DNA from: a virus
Lineage: Duplodnaviria; Caudoviricetes
Virus record (IMG/VR): IMGVR_UViG_3300032250_000200
Span: 1 to 25,125 of that record
DNA length: 25,125 nt
Direction: 5' to 3' (one strand)
Below, one piece after another: positions 1-8,200 of the stretch. A model generated the notes under the pieces. The model worked only from the letters and a program-made list of their open reading frames with translations. It was not told where the DNA came from and searched no databases. Position 1 is the first letter of the stretch. The number at the start of each line of letters is the position of its first letter. Both the position numbers and the translations under genes were made by a program.

Positions 1-648
1 ATGCATTACTCACAGGCCGTTGTGGTAATAGGCAACGGAGAAAGTCGCAGTTCTCTAGATCTTGCCAACTTAAAAAATACAGTAACTCTCATAGGCTGCA
101 ATGCCATTCATAGAGATCTTGCGGTTGATCATCTTGTCTGTTGTGATCAACGAATGGTTAAAGAAGCTGTGGCCAATAAAACCATAAGTCATATCTATAC
201 AAGGCCCAGATACTTTAGAGACTTTCATAAAATTCTACAAAAAGATGCAGTGAATAATCTTCCTGCTTTGCCTTATCAAGGAACACTAAAAGCTGACCAA
301 CCAGAACATTGGGGTAGCGGTCCGTATGCTACATTGTTGGCGGCACATTTAAAATTTAAATCAGTCTATATGGTGGGGTTTGATCTTCACGGAAAGAATC
401 GATTGGTCAATAATGTTTATAAAGATACCAATAACTATCTTCCAGCTGGTAAGCCAGCAGTTGATCCGGCCTATTGGATCTACCAAGGAAGAAAAGTTTT
501 TCAATGTTACGAGTCTGTGAATTTTAAAATATTTAATTTACCAGAATGGACTCTACCAACTGAATGGCAATTGCCCAATGTAGAGGTATTTGATTTAAAT
601 AAATTTACATTAGAGCTTGCAAACGAAGTAAATACCCTGTATACTTAA
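1..648 (+). CDS. Maf/DUF115/GT42-like protein, putative CMP-sugar (ulosonate) transferase
   Basis: N-terminal VVIGNGESR, IGCNAIHRD..DHLVCCD, WGSG..A..LA and VYMVGFDL match the GNGxS / SG / GFD signature of CstII-type sialyltransferase and Maf-like folds. Upstream context is outside the window. Confidence 0.55.
   Translation: MHYSQAVVVIGNGESRSSLDLANLKNTVTLIGCNAIHRDLAVDHLVCCDQRMVKEAVANKTISHIYTRPRYFRDFHKILQKDAVNNLPALPYQGTLKADQPEHWGSGPYATLLAAHLKFKSVYMVGFDLHGKNRLVNNVYKDTNNYLPAGKPAVDPAYWIYQGRKVFQCYESVNFKIFNLPEWTLPTEWQLPNVEVFDLNKFTLELANEVNTLYT
617..645 (+). promoter_or_regulatory. sigma70-type promoter for the queD leader, with a nested TAAATA motif
   Basis: TTGCAA (617-622), 17 bp, TATACT (640-645); TAAATA at 629-634 in the spacer; predicted +1 near 651-652. 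Confidence 0.65.
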
Positions 649-650
649 CA

Positions 651-725
651 GACAGCGGACTTCTACGTCATTCATCCCGCTATATAAACTCTGCATGTCG
701 TCAAACTTGCTCATTCATTAAGGAG
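651..725 (+). ncRNA. candidate preQ1-I-like riboswitch / structured 5' leader of queD
   Basis: Stem AGCGG (654-658)/CCGCT (677-681), CATCCC at the loop/stem junction, A-rich tail ATATAAACT (682-690), SD AGGAG (721-725). The layout resembles class I preQ1 aptamers and sits directly upstream of queD; the loop is atypical. Confidence 0.55.
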
Positions 726-732
726 ACTAGAG

Positions 733-1260
733 ATGGCAAAATATCTTTCAACAAAAACTTACGGTAACGATAGAGGTCTATCATGCTGTTTCAGACAATG
801 GCGTGCCACACACAGTCATTGCTCATTACTACATGGTTACTCGATCGGTATCAAGCTGATATTCGAATGTGATACCCTAGACGAAAAGAACTGGGGCATG
901 GACTTCGGTGGACTCAAAGACTTTAAGGAATGGGCAGATTATATGTTTGACCATACCACTGTAATTGCACAGGATGATCCACTATTGAATAGATTCAAAG
1001 CAATGGCAGGTTGGAGCTCAAATCCAGAACACGATGGTGATCAGGATCGTGTACAAACTGAACCATATCGCCGTAGTGGCGTTTGTGATCTACGCATTGT
1101 AGAAGGCGTCGGTTGCGAACTATTTGCTAAGATGTGCTACGAGAAGATGGATTGGCTGCTAAAGAACGGCAATCATCGTTATCCACTTAATCCAACTGTA
1201 AGAATTAAATCTGCAGAAGTGTTTGAACATGCAGGAAACTCCGCAGTCTACGAAGGTTAA
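733..1260 (+). CDS. queD: 6-carboxy-5,6,7,8-tetrahydropterin synthase (QueD/PTPS family)
   Basis: HSHCSLLHGY (CxxxHG motif), MDFGGLK, FDHT, GCE and C-terminal EVFEH; SD AGGAG 7 nt upstream. Confidence 0.9.
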   Translation: MAKYLSTKTYGNDRGLSCCFRQWRATHSHCSLLHGYSIGIKLIFECDTLDEKNWGMDFGGLKDFKEWADYMFDHTTVIAQDDPLLNRFKAMAGWSSNPEHDGDQDRVQTEPYRRSGVCDLRIVEGVGCELFAKMCYEKMDWLLKNGNHRYPLNPTVRIKSAEVFEHAGNSAVYEG

Positions 1261-1411
1261 ATTTTGGCGCTTATGGGCAAAGGCCCTAGGTGAAAAATCA
1301 GGGGCTACTAATCAGGAAGCTGATAGAGTAGCCCTTGTTCGTACAGCTATTGTACTCTGCTATATCATTACAAATATTTTTATTATTGCTGGGGTCATTA
1401 GACATTGGTAA
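1229..1411 (+). CDS. small phage membrane protein
   Basis: [21 protein letters not shown] followed by a hydrophobic C-terminal helix; fills the queD-kdsA gap. Start uncertain (ATG 1229 vs TTG 1223). Confidence 0.7.
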   Translation: MQETPQSTKVKFWRLWAKALGEKSGATNQEADRVALVRTAIVLCYIITNIFIIAGVIRHW

Positions 1412-1414
1412 ATA
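1409..1414 (+). promoter_or_regulatory. TAAATA putative late promoter for kdsA
   Basis: TAAATA 5 nt before ATG 1420; no SD; same motif at other gene starts. Confidence 0.5.
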
Positions 1415-1419
1415 ATTCT

Positions 1420-2262
1420 ATGCGCACATTTAACATCCACAACATTACCGTAGGCAACGATCGACCATTTATGTTGATCGCTGGCCCGTGTCAAATCGAA
1501 AGTCAAGATCACGCTCTCGATACAGCAGAACGAATTAAAGAAATTACCGATCAATTAGGAATCAAATTTGTTTACAAAAGCAGCTTTGATAAAGCCAATC
1601 GTTCTAGTGTGTCTACCAAACGAGGTGTTGGTCTCAAAGAAGGATTAGAAATTCTTAACACAGTCAAGCACACGCTTGGAGTGCCAATTCTTACTGATAT
1701 TCACGAAAGTTGGCAGGCACAAGAAGTCAGTGATGCAGGTGTAGATATTTTACAAATTCCTGCTTTCTTATGTCGTCAGACTGACTTATTATTGGCTGCT
1801 GGCAATACAGGCAAAGCAATCAATGTCAAGAAAGGACAATTTCTTGCACCGCACGATATGAAGAATGTCGCAGAAAAAATTGCCAGCACAGGCAATGAAC
1901 GAATTATGTTATGTGAAAGGGGATACACTCATGGATATAACAACTTGGTTGTGGATATGCGTAGCCTACCTATTATGGCAAGCACCGGGTATCCAGTGGT
2001 CTTTGATGCTACACATTCTGTTCAACAACCAGGAGGATTGGGCTCAGTCTCCGGAGGCGATCGCACTATGGTCCCGTACCTCGCAAGGGCGGCAGTGGCC
2101 ACCGGATGCGTAAGTGCCGTCTTTATGGAAACTCACGAAGATCCTGATCGTGCGCCTAGTGATGGTCCTAATATGATCAAGCTAGATAATTTAAAAAACA
2201 TACTTGAAGAATTGGTCGCTATAGATGAAATTGTCAAAAGAAATAAGAGACAGTCTAAGTAA
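1420..2262 (+). CDS. kdsA: 3-deoxy-D-manno-octulosonate 8-phosphate (KDO8P) synthase, metal-dependent type
   Basis: [66 protein letters not shown] 1420 preferred over TTG 1405. Confidence 0.95.
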   Translation: MRTFNIHNITVGNDRPFMLIAGPCQIESQDHALDTAERIKEITDQLGIKFVYKSSFDKANRSSVSTKRGVGLKEGLEILNTVKHTLGVPILTDIHESWQAQEVSDAGVDILQIPAFLCRQTDLLLAAGNTGKAINVKKGQFLAPHDMKNVAEKIASTGNERIMLCERGYTHGYNNLVVDMRSLPIMASTGYPVVFDATHSVQQPGGLGSVSGGDRTMVPYLARAAVATGCVSAVFMETHEDPDRAPSDGPNMIKLDNLKNILEELVAIDEIVKRNKRQSK

Positions 2263-3043
2263 AGAACAATTTCGTTTTTATAAACAAAACGGATATCTTC
2301 CGCCAGCAACTGCTGATTTATCAACGCCAGTTGATCCCAATGCTGAAAAAATTACAGTACTCTGTGTAAAGTTTGGGACAAAATACGGACCCAACTATGT
2401 AGAACGATTACGCAATATGGTGAGTCGCCATATGACTGTTCCTTATGAGTTTGCCTGTTTAACCGACGACCCTAATCCAATTTCAGGAGTACGCACTATC
2501 TATCAACGAAGTGCAGGCTATCTTAAACCTTGGTGGCATAAGGTTCATATGTTTGATCCCACATTAGATATACAAGGAAGAATATTGTATCTCGATCTAG
2601 ATGTGGTCATTTGCAACAATATAAACAAGTTGGTTGAAAATCTAAAATACGAATTCATGGGAATCCAAGACTTCAATAGAAAATTTCACCCAAATTGGCG
2701 AATGCTCAATAGCAGTGTGATGAGTTGGCGTCACGGAACACAAAGTGAAATTTGGCAACGATTTGTAGCCAATCCTGCAACTGCACAACGAATGCACGGA
2801 GATCAGGATTGGACTTGGCATGTGGCCAAAGACCGAATTAAGTTTTGGCCCGTAGATTGGATACAGAGTTATAAATGGGAAATCCGCAATAGAGACGAAT
2901 TGGTTGTTCGAACAGGCAAAAGCGGATTTAAATTCATAGCACACGATCTAGTGGTACACCCCCAGTGTTCTATTGCTGTGTTTCACGGAGATCCTAATCC
3001 GGATGTTGTTCCGGATCCATTTGTAGTTGACAACTGGCGATAA
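2225..3043 (+). CDS. GT-A fold glycosyltransferase-like protein (GT8-like)
   Basis: [24 protein letters not shown], DxD motif [26 protein letters not shown]. Confidence 0.75.
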   Translation: MKLSKEIRDSLSKEQFRFYKQNGYLPPATADLSTPVDPNAEKITVLCVKFGTKYGPNYVERLRNMVSRHMTVPYEFACLTDDPNPISGVRTIYQRSAGYLKPWWHKVHMFDPTLDIQGRILYLDLDVVICNNINKLVENLKYEFMGIQDFNRKFHPNWRMLNSSVMSWRHGTQSEIWQRFVANPATAQRMHGDQDWTWHVAKDRIKFWPVDWIQSYKWEIRNRDELVVRTGKSGFKFIAHDLVVHPQCSIAVFHGDPNPDVVPDPFVVDNWR

Positions 3044-3055
3044 ATGTGTTACAAT
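3027..3055 (+). promoter_or_regulatory. near-consensus sigma70 promoter (extended -10)
   Basis: TTGACA (3027-3032), 17 bp, TGn then TACAAT (3050-3055); predicted +1 falls on the ATG at 3062. Confidence 0.8.
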
Positions 3056-3061
3056 AGTAGC

Positions 3062-3364
3062 ATGACTACTATTACTCGTGACCAATTATCCGCCCTACTA
3101 CACACAGGAGAGTGTGTAATAGAATTTACCAAAGTAGATGGCACAGTCCGTACTATGCCGTGTACACTCAATGAAGCTCTGCTTCCTCCACCTCCGGTGC
3201 ATGTTACTAATACAGACAATCCTGTAGACTTTCCTGCTCCTAAAAAAGAAAAGAAATCCAATCCAGATATCATGAGTGTTTGGTGTTTGGACAAAAAGGA
3301 ATGGCGTTCCTTCCGTATCGCCAATGTAATTTCTGCGAAAGTCAAAGATGAAAATCAAGTTTGA
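3062..3364 (+). CDS. WYL_2-like / Sm-like SH3 beta-barrel phage protein
   Basis: IEFTKVDGTVRTMPCTL ... VWCLDKKEWRSFRIANV pattern; start moved to 3062 because 3044 lies inside the promoter. Confidence 0.7.
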   Translation: MTTITRDQLSALLHTGECVIEFTKVDGTVRTMPCTLNEALLPPPPVHVTNTDNPVDFPAPKKEKKSNPDIMSVWCLDKKEWRSFRIANVISAKVKDENQV

Positions 3365-3515
3365 TAAAGATACTATGCCCGACGAATTGTATAATGCGTT
3401 GTTACAGCATTTTGTAAATGAGGCTGTTGGACTAGGCGTAGAAGTAAACAAGTTTACCGAATTTAACGATTGGGTAGTTGAATGTACAGTAAATGAGAAA
3501 GCCGCAGTACACTAA
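3348..3515 (+). CDS. 55-aa hypothetical protein (absent from the ORF track)
   Basis: ATG 3348, MKIKFDKDTMPDELYNALLQHFVNEAVGLGVEVNKFTEFNDWVVECTVNEKAAVH, TAA 3513-3515 overlapping the uvdE ATG (TAATG); exactly fills the gap. Confidence 0.75.
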   Translation: MKIKFDKDTMPDELYNALLQHFVNEAVGLGVEVNKFTEFNDWVVECTVNEKAAVH

Positions 3516-4540
3516 TGACTAAACGCATAGGCTTTGCCTGCAAGTGGATCGACGGTCCTAGCCAAATTGACGGCATTAAACAACAGGACAACTGTAAACA
3601 ATACAATACCGGCAGTACCACTGTGGCCTGGTTAAATAGACAGACTAAGGAAGTGGCGGAACAACGACTGTGGGACCTAATGGTAGGTAACATTGAAAGT
3701 GTTCGAAAGCTGGTTGCCCTGGTTGGAGAACAACATGAAGATCTTAGAATGGTACGACTCAGCAGCGATATCCTGCCTGTTTATACTGAGCCAACTTGGG
3801 GCGGGTATTGGCGGAGTGCCGATGTACGAGCCTATTGCGAAAGAGCATTTGGAGCCGTGGGAGCTTTGGCTCGCGAGAGGGGTGTTAGGTTGTCTATGCA
3901 CCCTGGTCAGTTTACTGTGCTTGCATCTAGCAATCCAGGTATTGTAGGCAGGTCAATTGAAGAATTTGAGTATCATACTGATATGGTACGCTGGATGGGC
4001 TATGGCAAGACCTTCCAAGACTTTAAGGTAAATGTACACATAAGTGGTCGCGAAGGCCCCGAAGGTATTCGTCGTGCATTAACACAACTAAGCCCCGAAG
4101 CTCGCAATTGCATCACTATTGAAAACGATGAAATGACTTGGGGCATTGATTCTAGTATTGAACTAGTAAATGATTGTGCCCTAGTGCTAGACATTCACCA
4201 TCATTGGATTAACTCTGGAGAATATATTGAAGCAACTGACGACCGTGTTAAGCGGATTATTGATAGTTGGCGTGGTGTCCGCCCTGTTATACATTATAGT
4301 GTATCACGGGAAGACTGTCTTATTGACTATCCCGGATACATCCGTCCCGATCTTCCGTCCCTCTTAGAGCAGGGATACAAAAAACAAAAACTCAGAGCTC
4401 ACTCAAACTTCTACTGGAACACAGCAGTGAATGAATGGGCTCTGAGCTTCCGTGACAACTTTGACATAATGTGCGAAAGCAAAGGCAAAAATCTTGCCAG
4501 CTTTGCACTCTACGAACAAGGTCTTAAGCAGCTGGCTTAG
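3515..4540 (+). CDS. uvsE: UV-damage endonuclease (UvdE/UvsE family)
   Basis: RIGFAC, RLSSDILP, RLSMHPGQF, IENDE, LVLDIHHH, IHYS, RAHS, DIMCESKGKNLA. Confidence 0.92.
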   Translation: MTKRIGFACKWIDGPSQIDGIKQQDNCKQYNTGSTTVAWLNRQTKEVAEQRLWDLMVGNIESVRKLVALVGEQHEDLRMVRLSSDILPVYTEPTWGGYWRSADVRAYCERAFGAVGALARERGVRLSMHPGQFTVLASSNPGIVGRSIEEFEYHTDMVRWMGYGKTFQDFKVNVHISGREGPEGIRRALTQLSPEARNCITIENDEMTWGIDSSIELVNDCALVLDIHHHWINSGEYIEATDDRVKRIIDSWRGVRPVIHYSVSREDCLIDYPGYIRPDLPSLLEQGYKKQKLRAHSNFYWNTAVNEWALSFRDNFDIMCESKGKNLASFALYEQGLKQLA

Positions 4541-4829
4541 CTTTTGGCTTGCGGTTACCTGTAGACTTTTTAGGGGCTGCTTCTTTTTTAGGAGCGGCCT
4601 CCTTCTTAGGAGCAGCAGGCTTTTTGGCCGCAGGCTTCTTAACTGGCGTTGCAGCCGGTGCTGGTTCTACAGGAGCAGCTTCTGCTGGTTTTTCTATCTG
4701 GGCTTCGACTTTTGGTGTGTAGACAATACCCGTTAACGGGTCTTGAGCGACCTCAACCTTGTAAGGCACTTCTGCTGGTGCAGGTGCTGCCTCTTTGGCT
4801 CCAAATAGTTTCTTGATTAATCCTAGCAT
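4524..4829 (-). CDS. Lys/Ala/Pro-rich histone H1-like protein with amphipathic N-terminus
   Basis: PAAKKPAAPKKEAAPKKEAAPKK repeats; N-terminus MLGLIKKLFG; SD AAGGAG and TAAATA (4852-4857, minus) upstream. Confidence 0.8.
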   Translation of the reverse strand: MLGLIKKLFGAKEAAPAPAEVPYKVEVAQDPLTGIVYTPKVEAQIEKPAEAAPVEPAPAATPVKKPAAKKPAAPKKEAAPKKEAAPKKSTGNRKPKAKPAA

Positions 4830-4854
4830 ATTAAAAGTCTCCTTAGATTTTTAT

Positions 4855-5142
4855 TTAGTATCTACCTACAGGTAATGTGCTACTAGCTGGCATATCCCAA
4901 ATTTTCTTCTTTTCAACTCCTTTTCTCTGAGCGAAGCGTTTACTATCACAGGTTGAGCAACAGTGAAAATAGTTATTGCTCAACCTTTTTCTATCTATGT
5001 GTTTTAGATCTCTGCGGAATATGTCGTCGCAATTGTCACAGCGAAACACTGCTAGAGTCTTATTACGAGTGTAAGCGTGTTCTTCCCCTAGCTTACTGTG
5101 TCTAACATATTGAGTTTCTTGAATTTCTGTTGTCAGGAACAT
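4855..5142 (-). CDS. basic Zn-binding hypothetical protein
   Basis: FRCDNCD ... FHCCSTCD cysteine pairs; TAAATA 4 nt upstream of ATG on the minus strand. Confidence 0.75.
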   Translation of the reverse strand: MFLTTEIQETQYVRHSKLGEEHAYTRNKTLAVFRCDNCDDIFRRDLKHIDRKRLSNNYFHCCSTCDSKRFAQRKGVEKKKIWDMPASSTLPVGRY

Positions 5143-5146
5143 TCTG

Positions 5147-5183
5147 TATTTACATCCGGCTTATAAAATTTTCAAACTAAATA
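5147..5183. promoter_or_regulatory. divergent pair of TAAATA putative late promoters
   Basis: TATTTA at 5147-5152 (minus) and TAAATA at 5178-5183 (plus) in the 73-bp divergent intergenic region. Confidence 0.6.
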
Positions 5184-5215
5184 GTAGAGTAAGCATTAAA
5201 TCTTAGGATTCTACT

Positions 5216-8200
5216 ATGGCAAGAAAAGTAATTGATACAGGTATTGTGGGTAATGACGGTACCGGTGATAGCATACGCGACTCGTTTCGCAAGGTAAATG
5301 AAAACTTTAGAGAGCTCTACGGCGCACTCGGTCTAGGAAGTAGACTAAAGTTTTCTACTCTAGAAGATGCTCCAGTAGGCGGAGAAGGAGAAGATTATTA
5401 TCGAGGATATGAAAATGCCGTAGTTGCAGTTAATCCCAACGAATCTGGTTTAATTTTTAAACAGTTTACCGCAGGGACTGGTATTAGTTTGAATTTTAGT
5501 AATGAAAATCAAATAGTAATTACCAACACTCGATCTTCGGTGGCAAACGATCCGTTTCCTAGTTTGGGTGGTAACCTACAGGCACAATCAGGCGGTGTTC
5601 AACGTCGTATACAGTCGTTAACTACTCCAGTTAGCTCAGACGAAGCTGCAAATAAAGGTTATGCAGATACCAAAATAGCTCTAGGCGGAGTTAACGCTCC
5701 TGACCCAGGAGCAGGTAATATCCCAAACAGTGCGTTTGGAACTATGACCGGTCCGTTGATTCTATCGAGAAATCCAGAGCCAGAAGACGATGTTACCTAT
5801 GGTGGACTAATTGCCGCTACTAAAAATTATGTTGACAATGCAGGTTTTGCTTCGGTAGCCAACTTGTATGTTGCTACATCTGGATCCGATGAACGAGTTG
5901 GCGTGGGTGCTAATACTCAAGGTCGTGCATTAGCATTTGCCTATAGAACTATTGAAGCAGCACTAAAAAAAGCCGAAGAGATTATCAAATCGGCACCACC
6001 AGAAATAGGACCATATCGTAAAGTATTGACTTGGACCAACCCCGACAGCGGTGCTATCAACAACTGTTCATTAACTGACATTGCAGTTTCACCAGACAAC
6101 GGAGTGGGATTTGCAGGTCGTGTTACTTTAACCATAGACACTATTAGACTAGTAACCGGTGGTTACAACTTCAAAGTAAATGAAATTTTAAGAATTAACA
6201 AAGTAGGCGGCGCAGCAATTGATGCTGCTACTGTAAGAATTCTCACAGTAAACAGCGAACCTGGCACTCCAAACGGACCTATCCTTACATTTCAATTGCT
6301 AACTGGCGGTAAATTTGATTTAGGACTACCGGAGACCAATGTTGGTGGTAATATTGTTGTCGGTGTTGCTAATGGAAGCGAATTTGGAACTAGTGCAGAA
6401 TTTGCTGTTACCTATAAGGTCAGCACTGCCATTATCACTGCTGGAGGAACAGGATATAGCTTGGTATCTGTTCGTGTAACTCCTGATGTAATGGATACTG
6501 GTGCTACAGCAGGTTTTGGTTTTGCTGACATTGTTAGCGGATCTGTTGCTGGTATTACTATTACAGATCAGGGTAGAAATTTTACAGAATTTCCAGATCT
6601 AATAGTAACACTGCCTAGATTTGAGATTTACACTGGGGGACAAAGAACCGACTTCACTGGAGATGTAACCACCGACAGTGCTGTGGCTCGTAGGGGTCGT
6701 GACATTCGAGAAGGTCTTTACCTATTAGGTGAAACCTCAGGAGCATTAGCACAAATTCTTTCTCATCAAGGTGAATTAGATACTAACGGAAACGAACTGT
6801 TTGATGTTGACATCAAATATGGTACATTCGTTAAAGGGGAATCAATTTCATACGGTGATGTTGCTAATACTCGGCAGGTTGCTGTTTTTGTTGAAACTGG
6901 AATATATTATGAAAATCTACCATTAAAGGTATCACAAAACGTAGCCCTTATTGGTGATGAATTCCGTAGAACAATTATCCGTCCAAAGAAAGGCATGAGT
7001 TCCAGTCCTTGGGCGTTTCAATACTTTAAACGAGATAGAGTTATCGATGGATTGAATACCGCGAGAAACGATCTTAATGCTGCCAGAGAAGACACATTTG
7101 GATATCATTATCTAGGCAATGCAAGCGAGCCTGTTTATCCTGAAGCAAGTATCAACAACAAAGGCTTCTATAGATCAGCTGCTGATCTACTATCTCTAAA
7201 TAAACAATTTATACAAGAAGAAGTTATTGCCTGGATCAACAAACAGATTGCCGAAGAAGTCGCTCCGTTTGTTGATTTTGAATATAACAGCGATATCTGC
7301 AAACGAGATGTAGGACTGTTAATCGATGCCATGGTATTTGACCTACGCTACGGTAGTGCTCCTAGGACTATTTCTGCGGCACTAAAATACAAAGATGCAA
7401 ATAATGCCAGCGCCCAGTTAGCAATTACTACTCAATTAACACAAACCATTGCGGCTATTCGAAGATTAGAAACTGTAGCACAGGCTGTTATTCGTAACAT
7501 TGAGATTGTAAACTCAGAGTACAATGCTCCGATTACAGGAACACTGATTACCTATGTTGAGCCACAAGTTATTGATACTGCCTATACAGCAGAAACAGGA
7601 GCTGGCGGCACCCCAGTTACTGTGTCAGCAGTAACTAGAGGAAATCAAACCACAATCACAACATCAGCAGAGCATGGGTTTGACAGCGGAGAAATTGTAA
7701 CTTTCCGTGGCATGACTGGACTAACCGAACTAAACGGAAACAGTTATTGGATTACTGTGGCTAACCCCACACAGTTCAATATCTTCACCAACTCTGCAAG
7801 AACTGCAAACGTTGTCAGTACATCGTTTGGTGCATATACTGCTAGCTCAGGAGACTGTGTACCCAACGGTGGCGTTATCGGAAGACTCACTGATGTTATT
7901 GTTGACATCATTGATACTTCCAGCGAATCATTTAATACTCCGTTAGACAACGATCAAATGGATGTGTTCTTGATGAACGATGCTACCATCCTTCGAGCTG
8001 CAACAATTCAAGGCGCAGGTGGTTTTGCGCTAGTACTTGATCCCGAAGGACAAATTCTTGCTAAATCACCGTATGCTCAAGAAGGTGCAGTATTTTCAAA
8101 GAGCACAGGACGACACACATTCAGTGGTGGTATGTTTGTTGACGGATTTGCAGGTAACATTAAATTTAGAATTACCAATAAGATTAGTACTACAAGACTA

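Noticed and set aside
3361-3395. TTGATA...TATAAT as an internal promoter for uvdE
   Set aside because: Spacing is 23 bp and there is no -35 at 17 bp; not supportable.
4524-4540. Short hairpin TAAGC-AGCTG-GCTTA at the convergent uvdE/histone-like overlap as a bidirectional terminator
   Set aside because: The stem is only 5 bp and weak, largely explained by the two opposing stop codons.
1360-4736. Alternative-frame ORFs inside kdsA, the GT, WYL-like, uvdE and histone-like genes (e.g. 1865-2113, 3693-3947, 4494-4736)
   Set aside because: Nested in well-supported genes, with no recognisable motifs or translation signals.
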